NCBI GenBank assembly: GCA_963720465.1
Contig: OY970393.1
Span: 1,434,234-1,466,233 of the forward strand
Length of the DNA: 32,000 bases
Origin: Methanobacteriota archaeon
GTDB lineage: Archaea > Halobacteriota > Bog-38 > Methanoflorentales > Methanoflorentaceae
Direction: 5' to 3'
Part shown: piece after piece, positions 27,169 through 32,000 of the stretch
Layout: each line of letters begins with the position of its first letter
Numbering within the stretch: the stretch's first letter is position 1
Notes under the pieces: model-generated
What the model was told of the DNA's origin: nothing
The model's database searches: none
Seen by the model: the letters and a program-made list of their open reading frames with translations, nothing else
Program-made: the position numbers and the translations under genes

Positions 27169-28329
27169 ATGAATCCAAGAGTTACGATTATCACATTGAA
27201 TTGGAACGGATGGCAGGATACCATAGAGTGTCTGGAGTCCTTGTATGACATCGATTATAACAACTATCACATCATTCTCGTGGACAATGCTTCGACCGAT
27301 GAGTCGCTGGCTAAGATAGATGCCTACTGTAGGAACAAACGAACGCTCGCGCCTCGTATTACCCAGCACCTCATCAGAAATACGCCAGCAACGGTCGTGC
27401 ACTATGGCTCTGCTCACGCAGAACACGTAGAAAGCCCCAGCAGCGAGATGACGCGGGTGCGATCAAACCGCGCGCTCACCGTGATCCAAAATGGCGAGAA
27501 CTATGGCTTTGCCGAAGGCAACAACATCGCGGTTGCATATGCCCTAAACGCGTTGCATCCCGATTACGTTTTGTTGCTCAACAATGACACGGTTGTTGAC
27601 AGACGCTTTTTGAGTGCGCTGGTTGATGCCGCTGAGCGCGACGGTCAAATAGGACTAGTCCAGCCAAAAATATTGACCTACGCCGCCCCGACCCAGAACG
27701 GAAACGCGCGTGATCGTCCGGGGTTCAGTAATGCCAAAGACGTGTTAGAAGGAGGCGAAGACCAAAACGAGAAAAAGGGAGAGGACGGATTTTTTTATGC
27801 CGATGCCGCTTGCGCGCTGATAAGGAATAGCGTGCTATTCGCATTCTCAGGCGAGTGCTTCGATCCACTACTCTTCGCGTACTTCGAGGACGTTGATTTG
27901 TCGTGGATGGCGCGGCTGATTGGTTTCAAGGTCATCTACTGTCCGGAGTCCGTTTGCTATCATAAACTGAGCGCGACTTTTGGACAACGCAATCCTTTCA
28001 CGGCACACCTGCACGATAGAAATACACTCCGGGTGATGATCAAGAACTATTCGACTAGGACGATTGTTTTCGTTTTGCCTCTCACGATCGTACTGACGCT
28101 CTCGAGGTCTATAATCGCGAGCATAGTCAGTCTGAATCTCAGCGAGCCCTATGGCTTTCTGAAAGCGCTCGTTTGGAATAGTGTGCATCTTAGGAGCACG
28201 CTTGCAAGGCGGCGGTGTATCCAATCAAAGCGCAAAGTGTCTGATAGAGAGATCTGGAGCCAAATACTCCCGTTCTCTTTCAGTGTTCGGTCAAGACTCA
28301 AAGAAGTGTGGGTACGTCGACACGGTTAG
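27169..28329 (+). CDS. Glycosyltransferase family 2 (rhamnosyltransferase-like), paralogue 3
   Basis: It carries the same motif set as paralogue 2 (MNPRVTIITLNWNGWQDTIECLESL, IILVDNASTDES, NYGFAEGNNIAVAYAL, LLLNNDTVV, FEDVDLSWM). The central acceptor-side segment is divergent. Confidence 0.9.
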   Translation: MNPRVTIITLNWNGWQDTIECLESLYDIDYNNYHIILVDNASTDESLAKIDAYCRNKRTLAPRITQHLIRNTPATVVHYGSAHAEHVESPSSEMTRVRSNRALTVIQNGENYGFAEGNNIAVAYALNALHPDYVLLLNNDTVVDRRFLSALVDAAERDGQIGLVQPKILTYAAPTQNGNARDRPGFSNAKDVLEGGEDQNEKKGEDGFFYADAACALIRNSVLFAFSGECFDPLLFAYFEDVDLSWMARLIGFKVIYCPESVCYHKLSATFGQRNPFTAHLHDRNTLRVMIKNYSTRTIVFVLPLTIVLTLSRSIIASIVSLNLSEPYGFLKALVWNSVHLRSTLARRRCIQSKRKVSDREIWSQILPFSFSVRSRLKEVWVRRHG

Positions 28330-28696
28330 CCATCATTCTGCTGCGTTTCTTGACGTCGGGCGGAGAAAAACACATAGGAAGAGCACCCTCGAATCAGACT
28401 AGCTTAAACGCATGCTCAGCGTCACCGTTTGCCCCTTTTGAAGTACGCTCTCGATCAAATTATTACGTTAAATGTCCTTCGCCATTCACTAATCAAAGAA
28501 AAGATAAGTGTTGGGATCGAAAAGTAATTATCAATTCAAAGGGCTTTGCTCACTAAGTCACATGCCTGTGTTGAACTCTTTCGCACTTTCTGTTTGCACC
28601 ATTTGCTTGTAGCAATTGCAGGCACTGTGGAACCATGAACTCCCCACACTAAGTCCGGTCGATCAAAGACTTGATTTGTCGACTCAGAGGCTTCCA

Positions 28697-29854
28697 ATGA
28701 GAGTCGGAATCTTTGCTCCACATTTGTTAGCGTATGGCGGTGGTGAGAAGTACATATGTAAAATCGCCGAAATATTCAGCAGGGAGCACGATGTGGATCT
28801 CCTGACTTTTGACATAACCGAGCGAGAGGGTGCGGGAGTTCTAAAGACGTTGGAAAACCGATTAAACGTCAATCTAGAGAAGGTAACCTTAAAGGTTCCT
28901 GAAATATCCAGTATAGCAAAAAAAGAATTCTTCGTTAATCGACTAACAAAAACGGCACTTCTGTCAAAGTGCACCAAGCAATACGACCTGTTTATAAATC
29001 AAGCGCGAGGAGGACGAACAATCTTTCCTCAACCTGCCCACGCGAGCAAAAACATCATCATCGTTCAAGTTCCGCCGACCAACGCAAAAAAAATTTCCGT
29101 CTTTTTTGGGTGGCCCGGCATGAACGTGTTCGTTGACGCTAAGCTTGCAACCTATCATACAATTGTCGTCTATTCAAATTTTGTAAAAAAAACGGTTGAG
29201 CAAAAATACGCGAGGGAAGCTGATGTGCTCTACCCGCCGATTGATATTCCACCCCAGCATCGTATCTTGAAGGAACGCTTCATATTAAGCGTTGGGCGAT
29301 TTTTTATGGGGGGGCACAGTAAAAAACAGCTAGAAATGATCCAAGCTTTCAAACAACTGTGCGAGAGCGAGAAGCTGAATGAAGCTCACTGGGAATATCA
29401 TTTGGTTGGCGGTGTGTCGAACAACAAGGACCAGCGATATGCAAAAATGTGCGAACAAGAGGCTGAGGGGTACCCCGTTTTCTTCCATTTTGACGCCCCG
29501 TCCGAAACTGTCAAAGACCTATATAGCAGATCCACACTGTTTTGGCACGCTACAGGCTTTAATGAGGATGAAAATAGACACCCCGAAAAGATGGAGCACT
29601 TTGGCATAGCGACGGCAGAGGCTATGTCGTACGGGTGCATTCCAGTCGTCGTAGGCAAAGGTGGACAACGCGAAATTGTGCACCACGAGCTGGATGGACT
29701 GCTCTGGAGTACTATAGAGGACTTGAAGAAGAGCACACTTAACCTGATAGAAGATCCAAAAAAAAGGACAAAATTGGCGAGGGCAGCCATTGAAACAAGT
29801 CGACAGTTCCAAACAGACCAATTTGAGATAAAGGTAAAAGAACTATTAAATTAG
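28697..29854 (+). CDS. Glycosyltransferase family 4 (GT-B, group 1)
   Basis: MRVGIFAPHLLAYGGGEKY at the N-terminus and an E-x7-E-type motif EHFGIATAEAMSYGCIPVVVGKGGQREIV. The ORF opens at 28616; ATG 28697 gives the canonical N-terminus. Confidence 0.9.
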   Translation: MRVGIFAPHLLAYGGGEKYICKIAEIFSREHDVDLLTFDITEREGAGVLKTLENRLNVNLEKVTLKVPEISSIAKKEFFVNRLTKTALLSKCTKQYDLFINQARGGRTIFPQPAHASKNIIIVQVPPTNAKKISVFFGWPGMNVFVDAKLATYHTIVVYSNFVKKTVEQKYAREADVLYPPIDIPPQHRILKERFILSVGRFFMGGHSKKQLEMIQAFKQLCESEKLNEAHWEYHLVGGVSNNKDQRYAKMCEQEAEGYPVFFHFDAPSETVKDLYSRSTLFWHATGFNEDENRHPEKMEHFGIATAEAMSYGCIPVVVGKGGQREIVHHELDGLLWSTIEDLKKSTLNLIEDPKKRTKLARAAIETSRQFQTDQFEIKVKELLN

Positions 29855-30363
29855 ATGCACACTTATTCCTCCGCTAGAGTTGCAGACGTGCGTTCCCCTT
29901 ATTTTTTCCGTCCTACTAGTCGGCCGAGTACGCTTTGGCTCCCCGCTTATAGCGCGATTGAATATTCAGTGCGGGTGACCAAAACTGCCATAGCGTGCGC
30001 GCCGTTCGTCGCCACCGTGGGCTAAAACGGCATAAACGGCGGCCCCGCACCCGTCTGAACCTCCATTTTTGCGACGCTCCCACCATTAAATGCTCTCAGT
30101 AAGAGCGCCAGGCCGATCAGTTTCGTATAAGTCTCTAACAGACGTGATTTGATAGTTAAATGTTCTAAGAGTTATTGCTTTTGAGATCGATTTGGTCGAA
30201 TTCGCAAGGAATAATCATTTAGATACTTTCTCTCTCGCCCTGTACCATCTTGAAGATTGGACGATATCCTTAGCATAGCGACTTTTGGTAGCTGCAGGAT
30301 TCAGATAGGATTTGAACCAACGCACGCAGAAACAAAAATTAGATCGAGGTTATTTAGACATCA

Positions 30364-31818
30364 CTAAGTTTTGCGCGTCGAGCCATTGCCTCGTATAATT
30401 GATTTAATGAGCGAGATATCTTCTTTTTCAATTCCTTTCACAACATATAGCGTCCCGAAATACACTAGACTAGCTGACACTATTATCAAAATTAAGTTCA
30501 AATTTTGGAGATACACGATGAGTAGCGCCATTACGGCACTGGCTCCAACAATTTTGAGTACGATAGCCGCCGATTCAGTTTTTATATGCACATAAAGGTC
30601 TCTTTCTGCCAAAAAGATAGCAACAATCATAACGATGAATTCTGTTACTAGCGTGGCGATGCTCGCTCCCACGTAGCTGAATTTCGGGATCAATGCGAGG
30701 TTGATAGCAACGTTGACAATCACCATGAGCCCTGTGATTTTGGTGACAACTACCTGTTTATTTGTTGATTCGAACAAGCGGAAGAAAGGAGCGGTTGCAA
30801 AAATAAAGACCAGTGACCATACCAGTAACTGCAAAACGACCACCGAAGGCGCGAAACCTTCGCCAAAGACGAGCGCAATTATTCTTCCCGCCAAAAGCGT
30901 CGTGCCTACTGCTATAGGGATGCCTAAAATTATCATGAACCGGAGATATTTTTTCCACGTCGCCTGCAAAGAATCCCGCGAAGAGACGTGAAATCGTGAC
31001 ATGGCCGGAAAAACCGCAGCATTGAAAACTGTTGGTATAAACAGTAAACTGAAGACTAATCTATATCCAGCGCTGTACCAGCCAACAGCTTCGTTGCCCT
31101 GAATTAGCGCCAGCATCAGTGAGTCTATCCAGAAATATATCGTGACAAAGACACCGCTCAATCCAAAAGGCAACGCCTGTCTGATTGTGGGCCCCCAAAA
31201 ATCAACATCGACTTCCACTTTGAATAAATGGAATTTCCGCGTGCATATGAAGAAACTGTAGCCCAGCTCGAGTGCACTAGAGAGGAGATAGATGGCAGCA
31301 AATGCAACAACTCCGGCGCCTCTTGCTATCAAAATCACAGCGCCCGTTAGCAGTGTTAAGCTGCTCAAGATTGCGCCTACAGACTGATATTTCATTTTTT
31401 CAAATGACTGAAATATGGCATAAAATGAGGCTGTGAAAGCAACAGAGATTGTGGAGAGAGTGAGCAAATAAACAACTGCAACCGTTTCTCCTGAGTAGCC
31501 TAAACCGCGGGCAGTCACAGCGATGAGACCAAACGTGATCACTGCCATGATCAACTTGATAAAAGTGATGTTGCTGAGGTACACGTTTGCGTGTGACTTG
31601 TCTCGCGCGACCTCTCGTATCGCTAAATTATTGAGGCCCAAGTCTAAGAGGAGCCCAAAGATTCCCGTAAATGCCAAGCCAAAGGTGAGCAGCCCAAACA
31701 ATTCGGGGCCCAGATATCGGGCGCTGAATATGAGGTAGAAAAACCCCAACCCCATACTTGCGATCTGGGAGGCAAAAAAGACTAGGATGTTTTTCCCAAC
31801 GGTTGTGGCGGCGTCCAT
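30364..31818 (-). CDS. Oligosaccharide/polysaccharide flippase, Wzx-like (MOP superfamily), copy 3
   Basis: 484 aa and polytopic. The N-terminus (TVGKNILVFFASQIASMGLGFFYLIFSARYLGPELFGLLTFGLAF) is typical of PST/Wzx proteins. ATG start, TAG stop. Confidence 0.9.
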   Translation of the reverse strand: MDAATTVGKNILVFFASQIASMGLGFFYLIFSARYLGPELFGLLTFGLAFTGIFGLLLDLGLNNLAIREVARDKSHANVYLSNITFIKLIMAVITFGLIAVTARGLGYSGETVAVVYLLTLSTISVAFTASFYAIFQSFEKMKYQSVGAILSSLTLLTGAVILIARGAGVVAFAAIYLLSSALELGYSFFICTRKFHLFKVEVDVDFWGPTIRQALPFGLSGVFVTIYFWIDSLMLALIQGNEAVGWYSAGYRLVFSLLFIPTVFNAAVFPAMSRFHVSSRDSLQATWKKYLRFMIILGIPIAVGTTLLAGRIIALVFGEGFAPSVVVLQLLVWSLVFIFATAPFFRLFESTNKQVVVTKITGLMVIVNVAINLALIPKFSYVGASIATLVTEFIVMIVAIFLAERDLYVHIKTESAAIVLKIVGASAVMALLIVYLQNLNLILIIVSASLVYFGTLYVVKGIEKEDISLIKSIIRGNGSTRKT

Positions 31819-32000
31819 TTAAACTTTTACCGGAAACTAGTGCATATTCTATGAGTCGCTAGAAGCACATTGAACTCTAGCAAACACTAGTGGTCGATCT
31901 GCAAAAAACGTATTGATTTTCTTAATTAATTGGTGATTTAAGCGAATATCGATCACATCTTAGTGAGATGTTTCGGATTTCAAAATGGCGTCAGCAACCC

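Overview
This is probably an archaeal chromosomal segment. That is an inference from a DUF2206-type polytopic membrane protein, a polyprenol-phosphate-mannose-synthase-like GT2, TATA-like boxes about 25-40 nt upstream of several starts, oligo-T tracts after genes, GGTGA/GGAGG-type ribosome-binding sites, and a secreted protein saturated with N-X-S/T sequons. Cell-surface glycan biosynthesis genes dominate the window and fall into three blocks. Block A (1-7.0 kb) holds a frameshifted methyltransferase, a GT4, an ~18-TM DUF2206-like protein, a GT2 and a second methyltransferase. Block B (12.6-18.2 kb) holds two Wzx/MOP-type flippases and a Dol-P-Man-synthase-like GT2. Block C (25.4-31.8 kb) holds two tandem GT2 paralogues, a GT4 and a third flippase. 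Between the blocks lie a secreted clan-GH-A-like protein with three exact 300-bp Ig-like repeats, small membrane proteins of unknown function, and GC-richer housekeeping genes: acs, ppa, a DJ-1/PfpI gene, a TIGR04076-like gene and a RyR-domain gene. I found no rRNA, tRNA, CRISPR array or intact transposase. The locus carries many rearrangement or decay marks. A methyltransferase is broken in an A9 run and the DJ-1 gene by a 1-nt indel. A ~127-nt flippase fragment is duplicated around the Dol-P-Man-synthase-like gene. There is an orphan HTH ORF, the RyR gene has a possibly decayed 5' part, and two stretches (1.25 kb and 1.7 kb) have no credible genes. The best candidate for something new is the co-localisation of a very sequon-dense surface protein with a multi-flippase, multi-GT, DUF2206 glycosylation island whose genes show paralogue turnover and slip-prone homopolymers. 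All family assignments come from reading motifs by eye and need profile searches to confirm.
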